This document shows, one piece after another, positions 1 through 8,161 of a DNA stretch of 64,000 nucleotides. How positions within the stretch are numbered: the stretch's first letter is position 1; each line of letters starts with the position of its first letter. The stretch is from positions 32,001 to 96,000 of the forward strand of contig JBCBZT010000002.1 of NCBI GenBank assembly GCA_039815185.1. Reading direction: 5' to 3'. The notes beneath the pieces are model-generated. The model did no database searches and was not told where the DNA came from. It saw nothing but the letters and a program-made list of their open reading frames with translations. A program made the position numbers and the translations under genes. This DNA is from Cyanobacteria bacterium P01_A01_bin.123 (GTDB lineage: Bacteria > Cyanobacteriota > Cyanobacteriia > Phormidesmidales > Phormidesmidaceae).

Positions 1-1311
1 ACACTCTTTCGCAATGGTGCGGGAAGACTAGATGTTAACGGACAAAAGATTGGCCATCCTTTCGATGGAGATGGCATGGTCTGTGCCATCACGTTTAATC
101 AAGGTCGTGCTCACTTCAAAAACCGATACGTCCGTACCGAAGGTTATCTCAAAGAACAAGCAGCCGGGAAAATCCTGTATCGAGGTTTTGGCACGCAAAA
201 GCCTGGAGGATGGCTCGCCAATATTTTTGACACCAATTTCAAAAATGCAGCTAATACAAACGTTATTTATTGGGGCGGTAAATTATGGACGATGTGGGAA
301 GGCGGTCAGCCTCACCAGCTCGTTCCTGAAACATTGGAAACTGTCGGTACGGATGACCTTGATGGTTTACTAGAGCCTAATCAACCCTTCTCAGCGCACC
401 CCAAAATCATAGATAATCACTTTGTTAATTTTGGGGTTAGTGGCATTACATCTCAAACCTTAACTATCTTTGAGTTAGACGACCTTGGAAACAAATTAAA
501 ACAGTACTCCCATTCCTTGACAGGGTTTGCATTTTTGCACGATATGCTAATTACGGATAATTACTGTATATTCATGCAACATCCCTTTCAGGTGAAAGGA
601 TTACCGTTCCTCCTCGGATTTAAGACCATAGAGCAATGTTTTGACTTCAATCCCAAGCAACCGACCAAAATCATCGTGATTTCTCGTCATGGAAACCATG
701 ATCTAGAGATATTAGAAACAGAATCTTTCTTCGGATTTCACCATGGCAATGCTTGGGAAAAAGATGGGAAAATCTATTTAGAGTCAATTTGTAGCCAATC
801 TTTTCCTCAAAAGCAAGAAGCGGAGTTAGATTTTACAAAGATTGACTTTGATATTTTCCCTAAGGGAGAACTATGGGAGTTTGAGTTAGATTTAGCCAAA
901 AAAACTGTAAATCGCCGAAAAATTGAAGAAAGAGGGTGTGAATTTCCTTCAGTGAATCCGATGTGGGTGGGAAAAGAACATCGTTATCTTTATATGAATG
1001 CCTGCGATAGTCCAACCGGAAATGGCCCCCTGCAAGCCATTCTGAAACTAGACAAAGGGTCAGGAGACCGTCAGTTATGGAACCCGCCCCCGAGGGGGTT
1101 TGCGGGCGAACCCATTTTTGTCCCTCGTCCTAACGGAATTGAAGAAGACGATGGATGGTTAATCTCATTGGTTTACGACGCCGAGACACATCGGTCTTAC
1201 GTTGTCATTTTAGATGCACAAAATCTTGATCAGGTGATTGCGAAGTTATATCTTGAGCACCATATTCCCCATGGATTTCACGGCAATTGGGCATCTAAAG
1301 TATTCGTTTAA
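1..1311 (+). CDS. Carotenoid cleavage oxygenase / lignostilbene dioxygenase family (5' end lies outside the window)
   Basis: Frame 1 is open from base 1 (TLFRNGAGRLDVNGQRIGHPFDGDGM); motifs FSAHPK, FLHDM, FHHGN, EFP, GEPIFVP, EDDG and HGFHG supply the four Fe-binding His. Confidence 0.9.
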   Translation, partial: TLFRNGAGRLDVNGQKIGHPFDGDGMVCAITFNQGRAHFKNRYVRTEGYLKEQAAGKILYRGFGTQKPGGWLANIFDTNFKNAANTNVIYWGGKLWTMWEGGQPHQLVPETLETVGTDDLDGLLEPNQPFSAHPKIIDNHFVNFGVSGITSQTLTIFELDDLGNKLKQYSHSLTGFAFLHDMLITDNYCIFMQHPFQVKGLPFLLGFKTIEQCFDFNPKQPTKIIVISRHGNHDLEILETESFFGFHHGNAWEKDGKIYLESICSQSFPQKQEAELDFTKIDFDIFPKGELWEFELDLAKKTVNRRKIEERGCEFPSVNPMWVGKEHRYLYMNACDSPTGNGPLQAILKLDKGSGDRQLWNPPPRGFAGEPIFVPRPNGIEEDDGWLISLVYDAETHRSYVVILDAQNLDQVIAKLYLEHHIPHGFHGNWASKVFV

Positions 1312-1440
1312 TCTACTGTGGTGGGATATGCTGAAATCTAACAACGCTGTGTAAGGAATGCTTGATTAAAGTTTTCGGTTAAGCTGTTTTCAGCTGCTCA
1401 CATTCCTAATAGCTAGCTATTAGGTGCATTTACAAATGTC

Positions 1441-2052
1441 CTAGACCTGCAAAATACCCACTAACGTCATAACCAATAGTTCAATATCGGCGGGCACCTT
1501 GAACGATTGGATATCGCGGGTAATCATTTGCTGGGATTGATCTAGAGTGCCAAACACCCATAATTCACCAATAGTGACTGCGCCATAAATCAGATTCAGC
1601 TCCGGATTCACCTTAGCTAAGGCAATCATTTCAACCCCCAACTGGGTAAATCCTCGTGTTAAGTCATCGCGCTTGGCTTCGACGACTACCAGGTTGGTTG
1701 CAGATTGCATCAAATAATCCAAGGTGCCTTGCAAATAATCATCTACAGCAAGCGAATATTCAATTCTCAAGAGCGTCTGACAGGTGATCGCGACCCGCAT
1801 CAAAACTGGAGCCACCAAAGCCTCCCGTTTAGCGGCCTCGCTACTGAGGGTCACATAGGGAATCACGGCTTCAAGCTGCTGCTTCAAGTCAGAGAGGTGG
1901 GGAATGGCAGTTTGGCTGCGGGGCAACTCTAGATAAGCGCGCTGAAAGCGATAGCCAAACTCCGCTAAGATTTCGTCGGTATCGTAGGGCAGTTCAAAAT
2001 AAGAACGAAACGAATAGCGATTGCCCGCTTGCAGAATTTTAGGGTGAGCCAT
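1441..2052 (-). CDS. Conserved cyanobacterial hypothetical protein, PD-(D/E)xK nuclease-like
   Basis: 203 aa ORF with GTLDY...VVVEAK motif. Confidence 0.6.
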   Translation of the reverse strand: MAHPKILQAGNRYSFRSYFELPYDTDEILAEFGYRFQRAYLELPRSQTAIPHLSDLKQQLEAVIPYVTLSSEAAKREALVAPVLMRVAITCQTLLRIEYSLAVDDYLQGTLDYLMQSATNLVVVEAKRDDLTRGFTQLGVEMIALAKVNPELNLIYGAVTIGELWVFGTLDQSQQMITRDIQSFKVPADIELLVMTLVGILQV

Positions 2053-2139
2053 GAGATTGCTGGGAAGGGAGTATGCTAAGGCTGATGGTTAGCGATCGCT
2101 CCTCTATCATAGAAGCCCTAATTCCACGCCATTAACCCA

Positions 2140-2670
2140 ATGTCCGTGATCAACACTGAGCCCAATGTCGGCTTGGCTCCAGAGCTATTCCAAGTGAATC
2201 CGCCCCACTATCATCTATGGGATTTTGCCGGGGTAGATGGACTGCAGGTCGCGATCGCCCTCTTCGCCCCCACAGTCAATCACATCTCCCCCTTCCAATC
2301 CCTGACATCAAACTTCAACCAGCAACCTTGTGCCATCCTACGACTGTGTGAAAACAATTTTCGCGTTGCCCTGCCAGCAGAAATGCCCTTTGATCAGGCT
2401 GTCGCCGATTTAGAGTTAAATGTCTGGGTTAAACCCTGCCAAGCGACTACGATTGTTTTGCCTGTCGATTTTGGGCTTCAGCGCTTGGCTCAAATCGCCA
2501 CGACAAAACCCACTTATACGCTCAACCCATTTCCTCTGAATCAAGCCGTACCTGCCCGCATCAACGGCATTGCCATCTTGGCTTGGCATCACCCCTGGCA
2601 AGGACAACCCAAGCTGGTCATTCAAACGGCGGCCACTGATGCGGATGCCATTCGAGCGACTTTTTCTTAG
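2140..2670 (+). CDS. Hypothetical protein, possibly sarcosine oxidase gamma / aminomethyltransferase-like
   Basis: 176 aa ORF; LWDFAG and ILRLCENNFRV segments loosely resemble SoxG/GcvT-fold proteins. Confidence 0.4.
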   Translation: MSVINTEPNVGLAPELFQVNPPHYHLWDFAGVDGLQVAIALFAPTVNHISPFQSLTSNFNQQPCAILRLCENNFRVALPAEMPFDQAVADLELNVWVKPCQATTIVLPVDFGLQRLAQIATTKPTYTLNPFPLNQAVPARINGIAILAWHHPWQGQPKLVIQTAATDADAIRATFS

Positions 2671-2675
2671 CCTGC

Positions 2676-3110
2676 TTAAGCCGCTACGAATTCAAACGGG
2701 TTGAACACCGCAACACCCGACTCCAAAAGATCCTTGACATTGCGCGTTGCCACGCAGAGGTTATGCTGCCTCGCGATCGCGGCGATGAACAAATCGGGTT
2801 GACTAAAGGTATAGCCACGCTTTCGTCCCTGCTCAAGCATTTGCCGCCAGATTAAAATCGTCTCCTCATCAATATTGAGAATTCGCGCTGTAAACCACGG
2901 TCGTAATATGTTGTCGATCCAGTGTGTTAACTCCGCTGCAAAGGTGGAATCGGTAACCTGGCAAATGCCAAAGCGAATCTCTGCGAGCGTTATCGTACTC
3001 AAATAAAAGGACTGGGGCGGCTGGCTTTCACTCCAAGCCTTAACAGCAGGATGGCAACGCGGCTTCCTCAATTCTGAAACGATATTGGTATCTAGCAACC
3101 AGCCATTCAC
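2676..3110 (-). CDS. vapC: VapC-family PIN-domain toxin
   Basis: LLDTNIVSE, AEIRFG, DLFIAAIA and TRNVKD acidic PIN motifs; overlaps the upstream antitoxin by 4 bp. Confidence 0.9.
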   Translation of the reverse strand: MNGWLLDTNIVSELRKPRCHPAVKAWSESQPPQSFYLSTITLAEIRFGICQVTDSTFAAELTHWIDNILRPWFTARILNIDEETILIWRQMLEQGRKRGYTFSQPDLFIAAIARQHNLCVATRNVKDLLESGVAVFNPFEFVAA

Positions 3111-3472
3111 AATTCAATTTCTCGAATAGGGGATTGAACGCTAGCCGATTCAAATTCAAGCTTGCTTAATGGTGATTGAGAAAGGAGGGCATGCAAGTTA
3201 GGCTGAGCAAGCAACGGCAATATCTTTTCAAAAAGCTGAGTCGAGATAACGACTACCGCCTCTTCTCCTCGCACAGTAATCCTTTGTGGCTCTGTATGTT
3301 TTGCCTGCCTAACCACTTCACTCAATCGAGCTTTTGCATCTTCCAGTTTCCAATCTGGGAATTGCTCGAGTTGAGCAGCGAGTTGTTCACTGAGATGGGT
3401 TGATTCTGAAGACATATAGAGTACCTGACTAGCACTGGTCAGATCATATATCCATTGACAAATAGGCGGCAA
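3107..3472 (-). CDS. Phd/YefM-family antitoxin (true start probably downstream, about 3415)
   Basis: WKLEDAKARLSEVVRQA..EPQRITVRGEEAVVVIS. Confidence 0.85.
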   Translation of the reverse strand: MPPICQWIYDLTSASQVLYMSSESTHLSEQLAAQLEQFPDWKLEDAKARLSEVVRQAKHTEPQRITVRGEEAVVVISTQLFEKILPLLAQPNLHALLSQSPLSKLEFESASVQSPIREIEL

Positions 3473-3519
3473 ATAGGAGTAAACGTCTATTTTTCTAGTG
3501 TTTTGCTCCGCTTTGTAGT

Positions 3520-3537
3520 ACTGTAAAGTTTTGTAAC
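3520..3537 (-). promoter_or_regulatory. HLR1-like (RpaB) direct repeat upstream of desB
   Basis: Minus strand reads GTTACAAA-AC-TTTACAGT, close to (G/T)TTACA(T/A)(T/A)-N2 repeated twice. Confidence 0.5.
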
Positions 3538-3706
3538 TATCTTTCGCTCTCGATGCTGTAAAGCGATTTCAACTCTAGACTCCGTCCACACCTAAGTCCG
3601 TGGTATTTGCTTGAGGAAGATTACGGTCTTCAACTTGGGAAGAGTCTAGTCTCCAGCTCCGCATCCCAGACAAAGGTAGCGTTGAGGCGTTAACCGAGAA
3701 CTATTT

Positions 3707-4774
3707 GTGCAATTAAGTATCCCACCCAATGCGGGGGCTGAGGCAACCGCGACTTCTCGCAGGCAAGAACTTCCTTTTACTCTCCAGGAATTGAAAGCTG
3801 CGATTCCGGCTTACTGCTTTGAGCCGTCTACGTTCAAATCGCTGGCCTATTTCTTTCTAGACCTTGGCGTCATTGCCGGGCTTTACGCCCTGGCGGCCTA
3901 TCTCAACTCTTGGTTATTCTTTCCCATCTTTTGGCTGGCGCAGGGCACGATGTTCTGGGCCCTTTTTGTGGTGGGTCACGACTGTGGTCACGGGTCTTTC
4001 TCCAAGCATAAATGGCTAAATAACTTGGTTGGGCATTTGTCACATACCCCAATTTTGGTGCCTTACCACGGTTGGCGGATCAGTCATCGCACCCACCACG
4101 CCAACACGGGCAATATCGACACTGACGAAAGCTGGTATCCTGTGTCTCAGGCTGAGTATGACGGCATGCACTGGTCGGTAAAGCTGGTGAGATTTCAAGC
4201 CCTGCTATTGGCCTATCCCATTTATTTGTTTGTGCGCTCCCACAATCGGGGTGGCTCCCATTTCTTGCCCAGCAGCTCACTCTTTAAACCCTCTGAAAAG
4301 AGGGATGTGATTACCAGTACGGTTTGCTGGAGTCTGATGGTGGTTTTCTTGGTTGGCCTTGGATTGATGTTTGGGCCATTGTTTGTGGTCAAGTTTTACC
4401 TGATGCCCTACATCATCTTTGTGGTGTGGCTCGACTGGGTGACTTATTTGCACCACACCGTGCCTGAGATTCCCTGGTACCGCAACGATAGCTGGTATTT
4501 CTTGAAAGGGGCATTGTCTACCATTGACCATGACTACGGGTTTATCAACAATATTCACCACAATATTGGTACCCACGTGGCGCACCATATTTTCTTGAAT
4601 ATGCCGCACTACCACCTCAAGACCGCTACGGCAGCGATCAAACCCATCTTGGGTGATTACTACCGAGTTTCTGACGAGCCCGTTTGGAAAACGCTCTGGA
4701 AGTCAATGCGGACTTGTCACTACGTTCCTAACAGTGGGCAAAAGGTCTACTACCAAGCGGCTCAGCCCAAGTAG
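3707..4774 (+). CDS. desB: Omega-3 (delta-15) acyl-lipid desaturase
   Basis: His boxes HDCGHGSFS, HRTHH and HHNIGTHVAHH; FAD3/DesB-like N-terminus LPFTLQELKAAIP. Confidence 0.88.
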   Translation: MQLSIPPNAGAEATATSRRQELPFTLQELKAAIPAYCFEPSTFKSLAYFFLDLGVIAGLYALAAYLNSWLFFPIFWLAQGTMFWALFVVGHDCGHGSFSKHKWLNNLVGHLSHTPILVPYHGWRISHRTHHANTGNIDTDESWYPVSQAEYDGMHWSVKLVRFQALLLAYPIYLFVRSHNRGGSHFLPSSSLFKPSEKRDVITSTVCWSLMVVFLVGLGLMFGPLFVVKFYLMPYIIFVVWLDWVTYLHHTVPEIPWYRNDSWYFLKGALSTIDHDYGFINNIHHNIGTHVAHHIFLNMPHYHLKTATAAIKPILGDYYRVSDEPVWKTLWKSMRTCHYVPNSGQKVYYQAAQPK

Positions 4775-4804
4775 TCTGCCTGCACCCTAGATTAATCATC
4801 AACC

Positions 4805-4842
4805 TGCGGGTCGGGAACGCTATTCCTGACCCGCACTTTTTT
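4805..4842 (+). terminator. Rho-independent terminator after desB
   Basis: TGCGGGTCGGGAA / TTCCTGACCCGCA stem followed by T6. Confidence 0.8.
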
Positions 4843-4953
4843 GGGGGCGATCGCGTCAGGGCACCCATCCTTGGCATTCCTCCGGTATCGCCGATAGCAA
4901 AAGCCAATCTCAAAAATGGAGTATAAAGCCCACAACGTTTATCAGCGATTGCT

Positions 4954-6312
4954 ATGCCCTCCCGTGTTGCCATTATTGGGGCTGGCCCCTGTGGTCTTTC
5001 CCAACTCCACGCCTTTGAACAGGCACGCCTGAAAGGTACCGAGATTCCTGAACTGGTGTGTTTTGAGAAGCAGGCGGGTTGGGGGGGCTTATGGAATTTT
5101 ACTTGGCGCACGGGGCTTGACGAGTATGGTCAACCCGTCCACGGCAGCATGTATCGCTACCTGTGGTCCAATGGCCCCAAAGAATGCCTTGAATTTGCTG
5201 ACTACACCTTTGAAGAGCACTTCGGGCAAGCGATTCCGTCCTTTCCCCCCCGCGAAGTGCTTTACGACTACATTGTCGGACGGGCTAAAAAGAACAAGCT
5301 AGAACGCTACATCCGCTTTAGCACCCCGGTTCGCTACATTGAATACCTTGAAGCCAGTGACACCTTCCGGGTGCGGGTCAAAGACCTCGAAGCTGATCAG
5401 GAATACACTGAAGAATTTGACCATGTCATTGTTGCCAGTGGGCATTTCTCAGTGCCCAATATGCCAGTCTTTGCAGGCATTGACCGCTTTCCGGGTCGCG
5501 TGCTCCACAGCCACGATTTCCGGGAAGCTCGGGAGTTTACCGGGCGCGATCTACTAGTGGTGGGCGGTAGCTACTCTGCAGAAGATATTGCGCTGCAAAG
5601 CTACAAGTACGGGGCTCGCTCGGTCACGATCAGCTACCGGACGGCACCCATGGGGTTCGAGTGGCCAGAGGGAATCAAAGAAGTGCCGCTGATGACCTAT
5701 CTAGACGGTAAAACTGCCCACTTCAAAGATGGCAGCAGCCAAGACGTAGACGCGATCGTGCTCTGTGTGGGCTACCAGCATAGCTTCCCCTTTTTAGAAG
5801 ACAGCCTCCGGTTGAAAACTAAGAACCGCCTGTACCCAGGGTCACTCTACAAAGGCATCTTCTGGGAACCCAATCCCAAGCTGATGTATCTGGGCATGCA
5901 AGATCAGTTCTACACCTTCTCAATGTTTGATGTGCAGTCCTGGTATGCCCGCGATGTGGTGTTAGGCCGCATTGCGCTGCCGGATACAACCGCTATGGCA
6001 AAAGATATCGCCCTTTGGCAGCAGCGCGAAGAAGCTTTGCAGGATGCCTTTGAGCAAATTGATTTCCAAAAGGACTATGTGGTTGATCTGGCTGACTGCG
6101 TTGACTATGCCCCCTGTGACTGGAATATGACGGTCGATTTGTTCAAGGAGTGGGAGCACGATAAAGAACACAGCATCCTGGGCTATCGTGATAAGGCATT
6201 CCCGTCTGCCTGCACGGGTACAAAAGCGCCTGTCCACCACACGCCGTGGATTGAAGCGATGGATGATTCGATGGCCTGCTTCTTAAGCAAACAGCCCGCT
6301 AGCGTATCCTAA
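4954..6312 (+). CDS. tmm: Bacterial flavin-containing monooxygenase, trimethylamine monooxygenase type
   Basis: GAGPCG FAD motif; WGGLWNFTWRTGLDEYGQPVHGSMYRYLWSNGPKECLEFADY; FMO fingerprint FPGRVLHSHDFR; GGSYSAEDI NADPH motif. Confidence 0.85.
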   Translation: MPSRVAIIGAGPCGLSQLHAFEQARLKGTEIPELVCFEKQAGWGGLWNFTWRTGLDEYGQPVHGSMYRYLWSNGPKECLEFADYTFEEHFGQAIPSFPPREVLYDYIVGRAKKNKLERYIRFSTPVRYIEYLEASDTFRVRVKDLEADQEYTEEFDHVIVASGHFSVPNMPVFAGIDRFPGRVLHSHDFREAREFTGRDLLVVGGSYSAEDIALQSYKYGARSVTISYRTAPMGFEWPEGIKEVPLMTYLDGKTAHFKDGSSQDVDAIVLCVGYQHSFPFLEDSLRLKTKNRLYPGSLYKGIFWEPNPKLMYLGMQDQFYTFSMFDVQSWYARDVVLGRIALPDTTAMAKDIALWQQREEALQDAFEQIDFQKDYVVDLADCVDYAPCDWNMTVDLFKEWEHDKEHSILGYRDKAFPSACTGTKAPVHHTPWIEAMDDSMACFLSKQPASVS

Positions 6313-6393
6313 ATTAAACGGTGCGTCGGGCTTTGCCGCGACACACCCTACGGCTGAAACATGAAAATTCTCAGCAATTTGTGAGGTGGTGCT

Positions 6394-7188
6394 GTGTCTG
6401 TTGTTGGCAAGATTGAAAGCATCTGGCGTTATCCCGTCAAAAGCATGTGCGGGGAAGAACTGGAGGAAGCCTTTGTCTCCTTTGCAGGGGTGATGGGCGA
6501 TCGCGTTTATGGCTTCCTTAAAAGCAACGGCAATCCCGGTTTCCCTTGGCATACCGCCCGCGACCAAGAATCGCTGCTGCTGTACAAGCCCCGATTCAAA
6601 AATGCGAGTCTGACGATCAAGCCTGAAAATCTGGCAGCGGCGCAAGATATGGGTCCAGGCATTAATCCGGTCTATCCAGAAACAGCGCAATTTGCAGTCG
6701 AGGTTGAAACCCCAGACGGTGAGGTTTACAGCGTCGAGGATGAGGCTTTTGTAGCGCATCTCAAGACAGTAACGAATAACGAAACCCTAAAGCTGCACTT
6801 CACCCAACGGAGCCAGTTTGACTGCCGCCCACTCACCCTATTTTCACTACAGTTGGGTGAACTGTTGAGTGAAGAGTTGGGCATCACCCTTGATAAGCGA
6901 CGGTTTCGGTCTAACCTTTACGTGAATTGGAGCGGTGATAAGCCGAAGCTTTATGAAAAAGAGCTAATCGGGAAACGCCTAAAGATTGGGGACATGCTAG
7001 AAGTGAGTTTGCTAGAGCGTGACCCCAGATGCAAAATGATCACCCTTGATCCAGACACCTCTGAGGCAAATCCTGAGGTGATTAAGCATGTCTCGAAGGC
7101 TCACGAAGGCTATGCCGGGGTCTATGGTGCAGTGCTGGTTGAGGGTGTGGTGAAAACAGGGGATGCGATCGAGCTTTTGGATGATTAA
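6394..7188 (+). CDS. MOSC-domain (mARC/YcbX-like) molybdoprotein
   Basis: IWRYPVKSM, GDR, RRFRSNL and PRCKMIT (Moco-binding Cys). Confidence 0.85.
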   Translation: MSVVGKIESIWRYPVKSMCGEELEEAFVSFAGVMGDRVYGFLKSNGNPGFPWHTARDQESLLLYKPRFKNASLTIKPENLAAAQDMGPGINPVYPETAQFAVEVETPDGEVYSVEDEAFVAHLKTVTNNETLKLHFTQRSQFDCRPLTLFSLQLGELLSEELGITLDKRRFRSNLYVNWSGDKPKLYEKELIGKRLKIGDMLEVSLLERDPRCKMITLDPDTSEANPEVIKHVSKAHEGYAGVYGAVLVEGVVKTGDAIELLDD

Positions 7189-7271
7189 AGTGGCATTTAT
7201 TACAGGGGAATGCATATAGTAGGGCAAGGTAATATTTGAACCAAATTAATACTTTGCGCTAGGTATAAGGC

Positions 7272-8135
7272 ATGCCAGATCCTCGGCTGATTGCGATTAA
7301 AGGTACCGATAATGCCGACCGTCAGGGGGACGTGATTTTTGTCCATGGCCTGGGTGGCAGTGCCCTAGAAACCTGGCATACAGATAAGAAAGCCCTAGAA
7401 AAAGCTCAAAAGTCTGAGGGTGAGGCATTTCAACCGGGGCAGTTAAATTTTTGGCCTGCCTGGTTGGGTGAAGATTATCCCCAACTGGGGATTTGGTCGT
7501 TAGATTACGACATTGAACCCTTAGCTTGGCGGGGAAACACCATGCCGCTGACGGATCGGGCCACGAATATTCTGCAAGTCTTCTCGAACAAACGGATTGG
7601 CAATCGCCCCATTCTGTTTATCACCCACAGTATGGGCGGATTGTTGGTCAAGCAGATGCTCCGCAGCGCTTTTGATTTTGGCAACCCCCGGTGGAAAAAG
7701 ATTGAGGAAAATACGAAGGGGATTGTCTTTTTGGCGACGCCCCATTCAGGATCTGACTTGTCGAACCTGATGCAGTTCGTCAATCGGGTTTTGCAAGGGG
7801 TGATGCGGGCTAGTGTGAGTGTGGAAGAACTGGAAGCGAATCACTCGCGTCTGCGGGAACTGAACAATGTCTACCGGAACCATACTCGGCTTAGTCAGAT
7901 TCCGGTTGACGCCTATTTTGAGACACAGCCCTACAACCCCGTTGGGCTGGTCGTAGATCAGGCCAGTGCTGATCCGGGTATGCAGGGGGTGGTGCCCATT
8001 GGTGTTGGTGCAGACCACATCACGATTTGCAAAATTGCTCCTGAAGACAAGACCAACAGCATTGTTTATAACAGCATCAAGCTGTTTATAGAAGATTACT
8101 TACTCGCAAAGACAGAGGTACCTCAACGCCCTTAA
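7272..8135 (+). CDS. Alpha/beta hydrolase (SERAC1/SesB-like)
   Basis: VIFVHGLGG, THSMGG nucleophile elbow, FLATPHSGS, ADHITICK. Confidence 0.85.
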   Translation: MPDPRLIAIKGTDNADRQGDVIFVHGLGGSALETWHTDKKALEKAQKSEGEAFQPGQLNFWPAWLGEDYPQLGIWSLDYDIEPLAWRGNTMPLTDRATNILQVFSNKRIGNRPILFITHSMGGLLVKQMLRSAFDFGNPRWKKIEENTKGIVFLATPHSGSDLSNLMQFVNRVLQGVMRASVSVEELEANHSRLRELNNVYRNHTRLSQIPVDAYFETQPYNPVGLVVDQASADPGMQGVVPIGVGADHITICKIAPEDKTNSIVYNSIKLFIEDYLLAKTEVPQRP

Positions 8136-8161
8136 ATGCCCCTCCGTCTGATACTGGCATA

